Shown: piece after piece, positions 12,168-24,263 of the stretch
Position numbering within the stretch: the first letter of the stretch is position 1
Layout: each line of letters begins with the position of its first letter
Origin: Octopus sinensis
Taxonomy: Eukaryota
Length of the DNA stretch: 64,000 nucleotides
Direction of reading: 5' to 3'
NCBI RefSeq assembly: GCF_006345805.1
Contig: NC_043009.1
Span: forward strand, 24,800,001 to 24,864,000
Position numbers and translations under genes: made by a program
The notes under the pieces: generated by a model
What the model saw: the letters and a program-made list of their open reading frames with translations, nothing else
Databases searched by the model: none
What the model was told of the DNA's origin: nothing

Positions 12168-12241
12168 ATAACAAACAAGATGAGGACAAACAAATAATGT
12201 AAAAATGTACATAATTCCACATCTCTTAATATAGAACTTAT

Positions 12242-12272
<31 letters not shown>

Positions 12273-12489
12273 CATATATATATTAAATATATGGGATTCA
12301 TCTTGAAAGATATTCCTATACCTATGTATTGGATTAAGACTTCTTTGTTTGATTTGCAAAATAGTGGTTTTGTCTCTAATTAATATTATATAATATTTTA
12401 CTATAAAATTGGATTCAATCCTAAATCTGATTTTCCCTGTAAATTTGGATTTATTCCCTAATATTTATTATTAAATATATATATATATA

Positions 12490-12902
12490 AATAGATGAGT
12501 GTATTTTACCTTGTTAACAATTAACACGGAAAAATAAATAAATAGTTACCAGGGCAGCAAAAATGTTGTAACTCCTTGTTTATAAAGGTTGAAACTTCGT
12601 GTTTACGTTGAATATTTTGAATAATATGAATAAAAAATGGAGTTAACGCAGGTTTAAACAAGTATTTTTACTTTCTACATATGTTTCGAAAATTCCACTG
12701 ATACTATTCAAAAGAATAAAAGGTATAAACAATGCAATCTTCCCTTCGCTAAAATGTCGTATTGACAAGTTTCGTTTTTTCACTTTCCCGAAGAGAAGAT
12801 TGCATTGTTTATACCTTTTATTCTTTTGAATAGTATCAGTGGAATTTTCGAAACATATGTAGAAAGTAAAAATACTTGTTTAAAACTGCGTTAACTCCAT
12901 TT

Positions 12903-12910
<8 letters not shown>
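12490..12910. mobile_element. Hammerhead family D element, head-to-head foldback within (TA)n
   Basis: About 12635-12745 is the reverse complement of about 12790-12905. Homologous to 56705-57412. Confidence 0.85.
12782..12867 (+). ncRNA. Type I hammerhead, U4C core variant
   Basis: Helix I actttc/gaaagt; CCGAAGA 12788-12794; helix II gaagatt/aattttc; GAAA 12850-12853; palindromic helix III ACATATGT; GUA at 12859-12861. Confidence 0.8.
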
Positions 12911-12933
<23 letters not shown>

Positions 12934-12935
12934 TA

Positions 12936-13213
12936 ATTGTTATCGCCATATTAATATGGCAGTCTTATAGATATAAGACTAAAAGCTGTCGCTGATTAGC
13001 TCCATGAGGCCATCGCCTTAAAGATAGCTATTTGACACACAAACTGTGTCCATTATAACTTCGAACAAGGGAGGTCAGCCTTGTTCGAAGGTTATAATGG
13101 ACACAGTTTGTGTGTCAAATAGCTATCTAAGGCGATGGCCTCATGGAGCTAATCAGCGACAGGCTTTTAGTCTTATATCTATAAGACTGTCATATTAATA
13201 TGGCGATAACAAT
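12936..13213. repeat. Near-perfect palindrome (about 135-bp arms, 8-nt loop)
   Basis: Arms 12936-13070 and 13079-13213 around the loop gaggtcag. Confidence 0.95.
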
Positions 13214-13274
13214 AATTTCTAGTAACGCTGCCGTAATCTCTTTTAGAGAGGCTTAGTAATTTTAATATTCTTTA

Positions 13275-13337
<63 letters not shown>

Positions 13338-13671
13338 ATATATATATCTATATATAATATATATATATCTTTGTAGGTTCCATGGCATGTGTTTTAAATA
13401 TACAACCGCATCAATATAAAGTAATGATAAATTTCATATATTACATGCGCTGAATTATCTATGCACTGAATTGTCCGTGCTGATTTGTTGGCGTTGAACC
13501 GTCAAGCGCTGAATGGTCGGTACTCCGTGTATATATACATGGATAAATGCAGTATGATCAAACAATAACACAAAAGCACTAGCCCTGCATCTGCAGAAAC
13601 TTACACGAGTCAAATAAATCTTTTGAACGCCTGTTTATGCCGACTGTCATTATTATAGATATGTTTATATC

Positions 13672-14068
13672 GTTGGCATGCGCCGGGTGAAATGCTTGGC
13701 AGTATTTCGTCTGCTGCAACGCTCTGAGTCCCAGTACGCAACTGGCACTTAACTCATCAACGCGGAAAGGATGAAAGGGGAAACTCGACCTCGGTTGAAA
13801 TTCAACTCAGAACGTAGCGGCAGACGAAATACCTATTTCTTTACTAACCACAAGGGGCTAAACACAGAGAAGGCAAACAAGGAGAGAGAAACGGATTAAG
13901 TCGATTATATCGACCCCCAGTGCGTGACTGGTACTTATTTAATCGACTCCGAAAGGATGAAAGGCAAAGTCGACCTTGACGGAATTTGAACTCAGAACGT
14001 AACGGTAGACGAAATACGGTTACGCATTTCGCCCGGCGTACTAACGTTTCTGCCAGCTCGCTGCCTTA
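13672..14068. mobile_element. SINE family B composite: plus-strand head followed by two minus-strand modules
   Basis: 13672-13727 plus-strand head; 13728-14068 reverse complement of the body with a duplicated module. Confidence 0.8.
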
Positions 14069-14417
14069 ACCAGGGTTGTATAAACTTTTATTTTGTAATT
14101 GCACGATAGATTGTTAGAAGTGTAACAATGATCGGAATAAAAATGCTTTGCAGTATTTGTTGCCAAGCCTTACCTTCTAAGATCAAATCAAGCCTATGTT
14201 GAATTTGGTTTCCATTTTTCCAGTATCGCTAATGCAAAGTGCCAGACAAATAATGGTGTCAATTGAATTGCGCATTTGTATGTAAAAAAACATTGCAAAA
14301 ATTTAACTGGGCATTGTAGAAGGCAGATCATCGCTTGGCGGTGGGGTCCTGATGACAGGTGAAATGGCATAATGGGTGAAATATACAACGGTCACAACAA
14401 TATCATCAACCAATCAA

Positions 14418-14638
14418 GGCAGCGAGCTGGCTGAATCGTTTGCGCGCCGGGTAAAATGCTTAGCGGCATTTCGTCCGTCATTACGTTCTGAGTTCAAATG
14501 CAGCCGTGGTCGGGTTGACCCTTTATCTTTTCGGAGTCGATAAAAATAAGTACCAGTTGAAACACTTGGGTCAATGTAACCGACTTACCAACTCCCTCGA
14601 AAGTTCCTGGCGTTGTGCCAACATTTAAAACCATTTAT
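14418..14638 (+). mobile_element. SINE family B
   Basis: ggcagcgagctggctgaatcg...gttctgagttcaaat...gtcgataaaaataagtaccag. Confidence 0.85.
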
Positions 14639-15260
14639 TATCAGCGATTCACACGTCTGGCTACAGTACACACACACAAAAACGCACGCACAAACACACA
14701 CGCGCAGACACGCGCACACACACATACTCACACACACTATCAGACAACCACACATAGACACACTAATAGTTTCTAAAAGTTAAAGACGTTACAAACGTAC
14801 AAAACAGAGGAAACGGGGGTGGAGGTTTAAAACGTTCGTTTGATTGTAGATCTGTACAGGATTGCATGAATGTGTGTGTGTGTGTGTGTGAATGAGACAA
14901 CGATGTACATACATACAGATAGAGAGACAGTCAGACAGGCAGGCAGACAGATAAACAGAAAAAATAGATAGATAGATAGATGGATACAGATATATATATA
15001 TATATATATATAATAGACAGGTAGTTAGGTAGGTAGGTAGGTAGGTAGATAGCTAGATAGATAGAAAGATACAGAGAGAGAGAGGGGGAGAGAGAGGGGG
15101 AGAGAGAGGGGGAGAGAGAGGGAGAGAGAGAGATAAAATAGATAGGTAGGTTGGTAGGTAGAGAGATAGATAAATAAAGAGAGAGAGAGAGATGGATAGA
15201 TAGATATATAGATAGACAGACTGACAGACAGAAAGATAGATAAACTGACAGATAGATAGG

Positions 15261-15316
<56 letters not shown>

Positions 15317-16170
15317 CCTAGTATGTGTGCGTGTGTGTGTGTGTAAAAGAGAGAGAGGGAATTAACTACCAATATGAGTGGGTACATTAGATCGTGTTAC
15401 ATTATTTAAAATATTTGGTAATGGCGGTTTTCAATCTGGAAGTTCTTTCTGAGATGAGATTCATTGTATGTTTAATTGTTGTGCTTCTTATTGTGTATAT
15501 CATGGCATGAATGTGTGTGTGTGAGTGTGTGTATGCATTCGTGTGTGTGTGTGTGAGGTAGGTATTTTTGTGTATGTACTTGTCTTTACGTACCTGTGTG
15601 TCTGTGTGTGTTTGTGTGTGACATAGATTGATGGAAAGCAAACTACTTCTGGCCAAACGGTATGTTTAATATGCGACGATGTCCAAGTGGGAATAAGCGT
15701 AAGACAAGCATGAACATCTCTGAACGTGCTTGTGTGTGTGTGTGTGTGTGAGGGGGTGAATACACTCACGCACAAACATGCCCCCCACAGATACATATCA
15801 CCTATACGTATATATACACACATACATATATGCACATATATGTGAATATATATATATATATATATATATAATATAAAATATATCATATATATATATATAC
15901 ACATGTATATATATACACAATGCAAATATATATATGTATATACGTACATACATAATGCATAAATCTTTACATACGTATGTATATATACATATATATTGTG
16001 TGTGCATATATTATATATATCATGCATATATGCATCTATGTATGTAGTATACATCTTATATATATACATATGTATATTATATATAAATGTGTGTGTGTAT
16101 ATACACATCATATATGCATCTATCTACGTATATATACATGTATTAATATATATAATATATATATATATAT

Positions 16171-16210
<40 letters not shown>

Positions 16211-17040
16211 ATTATATACATATACGTATACACACATCTCACAATCATAATAAGGAAGTCTGCCAATGTATTGTATAAGCATATGTATTTGCATGTTCAT
16301 GAAATTACTTATTACGTGTATGCACATATATATTTATGTGTGTGTGTGTGTGTGTGTGTGCGCTTGCTTGCTTGTGTGTGTAAGTGTACACTCATGTCTA
16401 CACAGTGTATGCGACTGTGCATATAAATTTCTGTGCGTATCACCAAAATGAAACCAGGCGTTTCTTTTGCTCTTCTGCACTTCTTCTCCTGTGCTTCTTC
16501 TTCTTCTTAATATACATGTTCATATTTATATATAAATTCATGTCAATATTCGAATCCCCACTTAATCTGATTCAAGCCTCAGGACGAAACCATTAATTGC
16601 AGTATTTCCGGTTGGAATAACCATATTTAACAATAAACTATTCCAGCCTCCTTTACGCTTACTAATATTATACCTTCTTGAACGTCTATCTCCATATATC
16701 AAGCTGAAATTATTGGAGAAATCTCTGAGATTTACTTAGTTTTTCGTTAGAATTCTTCATGGGAACCTTGCAAAACTAATATGGTGGATGATTTCAAATA
16801 ATCACATGAAGGAAATATTGCGAAAGCAAGGGTCTTTCGTGTTGCATATGTACCTGCTCACGCGCGCACGACCACACATACACACACACACGCACACACA
16901 CGCACACACACGCACACACACACATACACATACACACGCACACACACACACGCACGCACATACAGTCACCTTGTAAGAATCGCGTAAATTCATATATACA
17001 AATACACAAATGTTGATAGTAGCATGATGCATGTATGATT

Positions 17041-17072
<32 letters not shown>

Positions 17073-17420
17073 CATGTATGTATGTATGTATGTATGTATG
17101 TATGTATGTATGTATGTATGTATGTATGTATATACATACATGTATATCAACATATGTATGTGTACATATTTCTATATATACATATGCATTCATATATATA
17201 TATAAATATATATATATTCATTCGTACAAATATATATGTATATACATACTACAAGCACATGCAGTTATACATGTACGTACATATCTATTTCTATAGTATT
17301 CTACTGGTTTCTCTCTGCGTCTCCCACCCCTTCAACACTGTCGCAGATACAGACACACACACGGGACATACATACATACATACATATATATATATATAAT
17401 ATATATATATATATATTATA

Positions 17421-17464
<44 letters not shown>

Positions 17465-18823
17465 AACTGTACTCGGAAAATATTTACGTTTGTTTTAATT
17501 ATAATGTTTATCGAAATCACATTCAATGTCTCACCGGATGTGGGTTTTGTTCCTTCACACTGTGATGAGCAAATGTAAGCATCATATCTCAAGGACTTTT
17601 TCTCAGATACTCCTAAAAATGAAGTTAATTAACATTGATGGATTCGAAATGAAAGATAATAATATCAATAAAACTAATAGTAGAAGGTGGTTATTGTTTA
17701 ATGTTAAATATTGTTAAGTGTATTGCAGTGAACCATCGATAGGATTAAAAACCGTATTGGATAATAATGGGTATATCCGCACATCTGTTTATCACACACG
17801 ATGTTTAATACGGCTTTACGCTTTTGTTTTTTCCTTGAAGAACAACTTTTCGCTATTGATGATATACGAATATCGCATTCGCTACGAGTGTTACTCTTAT
17901 TTCCGTTTAGATCCAAAGAACGTGTTGTTGTCTACCACTGAGGAGGCAAAATATTACCGCAACATCGGTGTCTAGTAGTGCATTGACATTTCTCTTTTTG
18001 TTTCTTGCTAGCATATTATATTTATTTATAGCTGCTTTATGATCTCTGTTTATTGGTTCTACTATCACTATTATTTATTGAAAACTGATTGTCTTAATAT
18101 ATTGCGAATAGTTATTTGTTTTTTTTCTGTTTATATAATTGGCGAATTCTCGACCTGTCAACTGCAGTTATTTAGAACATATATCGACTTCCTCTATACT
18201 AACATTTCAAAATCTAACAGTAAACTTTATTTCACTGTCCCGGCTATCTGCAGCGGCTATAAACGACATAGAAAGGGTCTCAGATTTCATTGCTTTCTTT
18301 GGTCAGATCTGCATTTCTTTGATTTTTTCTCTTGCTATCATTCCCTTTCCCAGTTTTCCCTATGTAATACTGGTCAGATACTTGCTTATAATACATGACC
18401 CAGTTTTCAAATAATACTATTTTGATCAAATTCCTTTCTTTTGGTCGTCAGTTCAAGAATAAGGAAAGGTGATTCTTCTCTATTTTGTCGGTCGATCGAC
18501 CATGGATCGTTCGAGTCATACGATTGAACCATGAAACTAAAACACTCCCATGCTTATCAGAAACATTTGTAAGTCTTCAGTAAATGTATAAAATCTGTTA
18601 CCTGTATGTATTTTCTAAATCCCTCTGTAGCCTCATATCAATTTAACTTGGTAACTGGAACGCGAATTCGTAAATTTGATTGGTGACAGGTTTTCAATTT
18701 GAATTATCTGGATAAGCAGCATCGATTACAAAATATAATTGTTAACCTGGTGGATCATTATCTATAGAAGGCTTATGACAGATTTCACCTGGATTATTGA
18801 TCTCTTAATCCCTCTTTGTTTTG

Positions 18824-18855
<32 letters not shown>

Positions 18856-19499
18856 CTAAATTCTGTACGACTTTCTTCTTTCTTTCCTCTTTTTTTTCTC
18901 GCTCTTTCTCTCTCTCTCCTTTTTTGGCATTCTCTCTCTTTAATCTCTCTACTTTCCCTATCATCTCCCCTGAACCTTTCCCTGTCCCTTCATCTCTCTC
19001 TCTCTCTCTCTCTCTCGGTTCCTTCCCTAATTCTTCAATCCCCCTGCCTCCTACCTCTCTCTGTCCTTCCCACGCGATCGGTGTTCGGCCAAGCATGATC
19101 TTTCTTTCTAGCAGGACCACTGCTTGCACAACACCTTATTTTCCTGTCTCCTGACCTTCATCTATGTTTGTTGCCGTAAGGCTTCCACTTCACCCGCCAG
19201 CTTAACTTAACGTATCATTTTAGTCGAAAGACACCTGTTGTTATTCTTGTTGCTTTTATTTGTAATCAGGTAACTTTTCCTCCGTTTTCTTTTTTTTGTC
19301 AGTATTGTCGCACATATTCGTCCGCTTTCTTCCAAAAATACCTTTAGCTTAGAATTTTGGGGCCTACCAATTTTGAACAGTCTCAATTCGATACTAGCTC
19401 TTTTCGATACTAGTTCTTTGGTTCACTTTTAGACACTAGCTCTTTGGTTCACTGGCAAATTTCGCTTCAACCTTTCTTATTTACTCTCTGCCCGTCGTA

Positions 19500-20491
19500 T
19501 TAAGAAATATAATTTCCGTTACCCAGTTATTTTCATTGTTTATTATCTTCTGCACCTGTGTATTTCTGTATACGTATATAACTATGCGTAAAAATGAAAG
19601 TGTTAAATTTGTGTACAATGTCAAGGTCAGCCAAACGAATGTCTCTGTCCAGGAAAAGAGAGACAACTGCAGAAAGGGAAGAATGCCAAGAAATGAACAG
19701 ACTATGCACTACAAAAGCCAGAGCATCTCAAAGTGATGAACAGAGATATGTACAGCTGTTAAGGAATAGGATCTCCACTGCAGAATGAAGAGCATTTGCA
19801 ACTGCTCAGAGAAGCCTCGTCTATGAATCAGCTTACAATTATGATCCAGCAGTCCATTATGCAGATGACACTAGAGTTTCTATTGGTGCAATGACAACTA
19901 AGTGCAAACATTGTAAAGCAAGGAAGTGGCCTGGAGAGACACCTGCATTGTGCTGCAGTGGTGGAAAGGTTAAACTCCCTGCAATCCCTCAACCTCCAGA
20001 GCCATTAAAGGAACTGTTGTCATCAACTGACCAAGATGCCAAACACTTCCAAAACAAGATTAGACAATACACCGCTGCACTACAGATGACATCATTTGGA
20101 GCCACAAGAAATTTAACTGAACCAGGATTCATGTAAACATTCACGATCCAAGATCAAACATCATAGGATTGGCTCTCTACTATCTCTGTCAAAGGAATTA
20201 CCAAAATCAGCCTTTCATTGTTTATAGCCCGTACCTGTTTTTTGGTTACGAAATAAGCTGCACAAAACGTGTTTTTAAATTACGTGTATTTACTTTATAT
20301 ACATATAAGAGTTTAAAACTTTCTTTTAACAATTCATTTAGCGTATATGTTCCATGCTAGTATGGGTTGTAGAGTTATTAATGTAGAAAGTTGGTATCTC
20401 AGCTACTAGCAGTTGAGACCTGCGTAATCTAGACAGCAATTTTAAATTTCATTATTCTCTTTAAGCCGACAACGCCAGGTATATCTGCGAG

Positions 20492-20492
<1 letters not shown>
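19500..20492 (+). mobile_element. Internally deleted Helitron (N-terminal Rep-Hel fragment plus decayed 3' terminus); 5' boundary uncertain
   Basis: Rep-Hel-like ORF, then gccgacaacgccaggtatatctgcgagt (20465-20492), resembling the Helitron 3' hairpin plus CTAG|T. Confidence 0.7.
19810..20185 (+). pseudogene. Helitron Rep-Helicase N-terminal zinc-binding region
   Basis: MTTKCKHCKARKWPGETPALCCSGGKVKLP..PPEPLKELL...HFQNKIRQY.AALQMTSFG...TFTIQDQ.H.IGSL, the typical Helitron N-terminal signature, with a stop codon. Confidence 0.9.
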
Positions 20493-20559
<67 letters not shown>

Positions 20560-20582
20560 CTATCTATCTATCTATCTATATA

Positions 20583-20628
<46 letters not shown>

Positions 20629-20741
20629 ATATAATAAAATATTTAAACATAATAAAATAGGGTAATAATAAATTATTATTACCAGTGGCCTAGCACAAAA
20701 AAAAACGAATTAGTCATTAGACTATATATTATTCATATAGA

Positions 20742-20996
20742 AATACAATAAGAGGCTTCCAAATAGGACAGCCTTGTGCTAGAAAGAGCATAGAAATCTC
20801 AAGACCACAAAAAGAGATAAATTCACGAAAAGAATGAAAATTAAAAACGTTTACCATCTCAACTATTTCCCATAGTTGAGATGGTAAACGTTTTTAATTT
20901 TTATTCCTTTCGTGTATTTATCCTTTTTGTGGTCTTGAGATTTTTACTGCTCTTTCTAGCACAACGCTTGCCTATTTGGAAGCCTCTTATTGTATT
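20742..20996. repeat. Foldback palindrome (about 125-bp arms, 5-nt loop) within (TA)n
   Basis: ...ccatctcaactat ttccc atagttgagatgg...; arms are complementary with a few indels. Confidence 0.9.
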
Positions 20997-21042
20997 CATA
21001 TATATATATATATATAATATATATATATATATATAATATATA

Positions 21043-21381
21043 GGTGACCCCTTTCGGTCATGAATAACTATGGGATTGCACCTAGAAAGTTACCTCCGAG
21101 GAACAAGTCTGAGCAAAGTTGTTTATGGAAGACCAGCAGTCGCCCATCCAAACAAGCCTCCCCTCTTCCCACTACCAATATTATCCAAGGGAAAGGCAAA
21201 GACCAATATAGCTTGGCACAAGTGATGTCGCAACTCATTTCTACAGCTGAGTGAACTGGAGCAACGTGAAATAAAGTATCTTGCTCAAAAGCACAATACG
21301 CAGTCTGGTCCGAGAGACGAACTCACCCAAATTCACGATCGTAAGCTCGACGCTCTAACCACTGAGCCATGAGCCTTCACT
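21043..21381 (-). mobile_element. tRNA-derived SINE (separate family)
   Basis: Minus-strand head tggctcagtggttagagcg (A box) ... gagttcg (B box), followed by ttgagcaagatactttatttcacgttgctccagttcactcagctg. Confidence 0.85.
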
Positions 21382-22207
21382 CATACACACGTACACATAC
21401 GCACGCACACACACATATATGTACCTATGTATGTATATGTGTGATAGTGCGAGTGGTGTTGGGAAGGAGAGATAGATAGATAGAGTGAGAGAGAGAGGGA
21501 GTGGGCAACTGCATTTTCATGGAGAAATACAGAAATCCAACTCTCAGAGAAATATATTTGTTGCCATTATGCAAAAGTGTCGTAAGTCGAAGACATTGCT
21601 TTTCAGAAAACGAAAGAATAATTTCGCCATTCCATAGCCAAACCGGTGTACCATACTTTGACGATTTCTGATATATTGGCAGCTGAAGCAGCTGGAGATA
21701 CGATAGTTTGACCAAAAAGACTAGCTGTTGCAACCAAAAATAAACATTGAATTAAACGCATTTGTCCAAATTTGGACATACGACAGTTTAACTTAATAGC
21801 AACGATATATAGTCAACAACACATGTCTGCAAGAGCACTTCTACACGCGCATTTCACGCAAAAACAAACACACGGTTGTATTAGAGTCTCTTGAAATCAG
21901 TTAAGAAAACTCACGTTCGACCGTATTCGATTCTTCATTATGTTTTCCCAGCGCGATCAATGATGAAATTGAATTTGTTTCAGTTACATTTCTTATAAAT
22001 GAATTAAAATCAACTGACATAAATATGTAGAAGCACACGTACATACGCAGACACTGGTACTCGCAAATACATACAAGTACACACTAATGTAATACATACA
22101 TAATACATACATACATACGTATATCAGCAGATTTGTATGTTTTGTTTTATGTATGTATTTTCATATATATACATATATATATGTGTATATATATATATAT
22201 ACATATA

Positions 22208-22250
<43 letters not shown>

Positions 22251-22320
22251 ACATACATATATATATACATACATGTATACATACATACATACATGTATAC
22301 ATATATATATAAATATATAT

Positions 22321-24190
22321 ATAACTTAGAATAACTTAGAAAGGTTTTTGGCCAGTATTGGCCCAGGCCATGTCTAACTTAATAGCACCACCTGGCGAAG
22401 TCTTTCAGTTCAGGATTTGGGCACCAAGGCCCATTCGAGCAGAGAGTTATTGTTTGCAGAGACATATCCGGGTGTGGGTGGTTTGTCCGGTACTGTTTGA
22501 AGGAATTTGTCCAAAGACTTCTTGAATTTTGTGTGGTCAGTTTCTTTTTTGACGTGTCCTGGTGTAATGTTGAAGAGAGCGGGTCCAATTGAGGTGAAAT
22601 AGTTGTGCCGTATTGTCGTTATGTGATGCGATTTAGATTTTTGTTGTGGACGGATGGCACGTGGTCCAAGCCTTGGATGCATTTTGAAGGTGATGCCAAC
22701 ATCATTCGGACAGTGCTGATGGAATATTTTCCACATCATACAGATAATGTAGCGTTCACGGCGTCGTTGGAGTGAATACAGTTTCAGCTTCTCTAGTCTA
22801 CCCCAGTAGTCAAGGTCTGACATGCCATCTATCTTTTTTTGTGATTGACCTTTGGGGAGCTTCAATTCTCATAATATTTTGTTTTGTGTAGGGAGACCAC
22901 AGTGGACAGCAGTATTCAAGGTGGGGTCGGGCAAAAGTGGAGAAGAGAAGGATAAGCGTGGGAATCTCTCGACTGGAAGGTTCTGAGAATCCAGGAACAC
23001 ATTCTGCGGGCCATGTCAACTTTGCTGCTTATATGTGTAGCCCAGCTTATGTTGTTGTCCACTGTTACTCCCAGGTCTCTGATGTTGTTGGATGCCATGA
23101 GAATTTCTCCAAGGAAGAGAGTATGGGAGTTTCAGAGCGTCCTCCCTTCCAAAGTGGATCAGTTCGAATTTGTCTTCATTTAGCACATGTTATTCTTTTC
23201 CGCCCATTGGACAACAGCCAGTAGGTCTCTGACTGAAGTTTATTCGGTCATCCACGCCATTGATGACCTTCTGGAGCTTGGAATCATCAGCGAAGGTTCT
23301 GATGTTGCTGTGTTTGATGTGTCAGTAATATCATTTATGTAGATGATGAAGAGAAGTGGGCCAACACAGTGCCTTGTGGGACACCACTGCTGACTTTGGC
23401 TGGGCTGGATTGACTCCTTCGACTATAACATTTGGGTTCTGTTAGAGAGGAAGCACTTGATCCATTGCAGCAGCTTTCCAGTGACACCAATATTGGACAG
23501 CTTTCTCAGAAGGATCTTATGATCAACCCTGTCAAAGGCCTTGCTGAAATCAAGGTAGATGACATCAGTGTTGGAACCCTCCCAAGGCTCTCAAAATGTC
23601 ATCAAATTGATGCAGTAGCTGCGTCAGGCAATCTCTCCCATTACGGAATCCATGCTGGTTGGGGTTCAGCATATTATGACTCTCAGGAAGTGAGTCATAC
23701 GCGATCTCAGCACCCTCCAAATACCTTGATGATGAGAGGTGAGTGAGATTGGACGGTAATTCACGGCAAGCGATTTGTTTCCTTTTTTGAAAACTGGACA
23801 ACAGACTGGGATAGAAGGTCTTCTGGTATATATCCAGCATCCAATGAGTTCCGCCACAGATTGGCTAGAGGGGGTGCAAGTGGTTTTGACACATCTTCAA
23901 GACACAAGCAGGGAACCTATCGGGACCTACTGCTGAATTATGCTTCATTTCCTTTATTGCTGCTAAGACATCAGGAGCGCCAAATGTTATGTCCGATAAA
24001 GTGTATTGGGGAGTAACATCACTGATACAGCCCAGATCAGTCATATCAGGATTGCTGAAAACAGAGCAATATTGTTTCTGCAATATTTCTCCCATGGTTT
24101 TGGCATTGTCTTGAAGAGTACCATTTTCATCAATCAGAGGCCAACAGTAGAACCAGTGACTCTGTGTTTTTTTTGCAAATGAAAAGAACA
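22321..24190 (-). mobile_element. 5'-truncated CR1/L2-group LINE (ORF2 reverse transcriptase region, frameshifted) with a short tandem 3' tail
   Basis: PVFKKG..NYRPISLTSH, NQHGFR.GR.C.TQLL, YLDFSKAFD.VDH, SGVPQGTVLGP, FADDSKL, RPHLEYCCPLWSPY, LKLYSLQRRRER. Tail ataacttaga x2 at 22321-22340. Confidence 0.93.
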
Positions 24191-24209
24191 CTTGGGATTG
24201 AGTTATATA

Positions 24210-24263
<54 letters not shown>

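Larger units (their letters stand above)
10456..12238 (+). mobile_element. SINE family C (tRNA head, (AAT)n, hammerhead-bearing tail) interrupted by an R4/Dong-type element
   Basis: Head at 10456-10520 (gagttcgattccagg). After the LINE insert the sequence resumes at 12071 with aacatcgaaaactaccttaggaatgag, the same continuation seen in the minus copy at 10291-10330. Confidence 0.8.

Noticed and set aside
14348-14365. CTGATGA caggt GAAA
   Set aside because: There is no room for helix II; a chance match.
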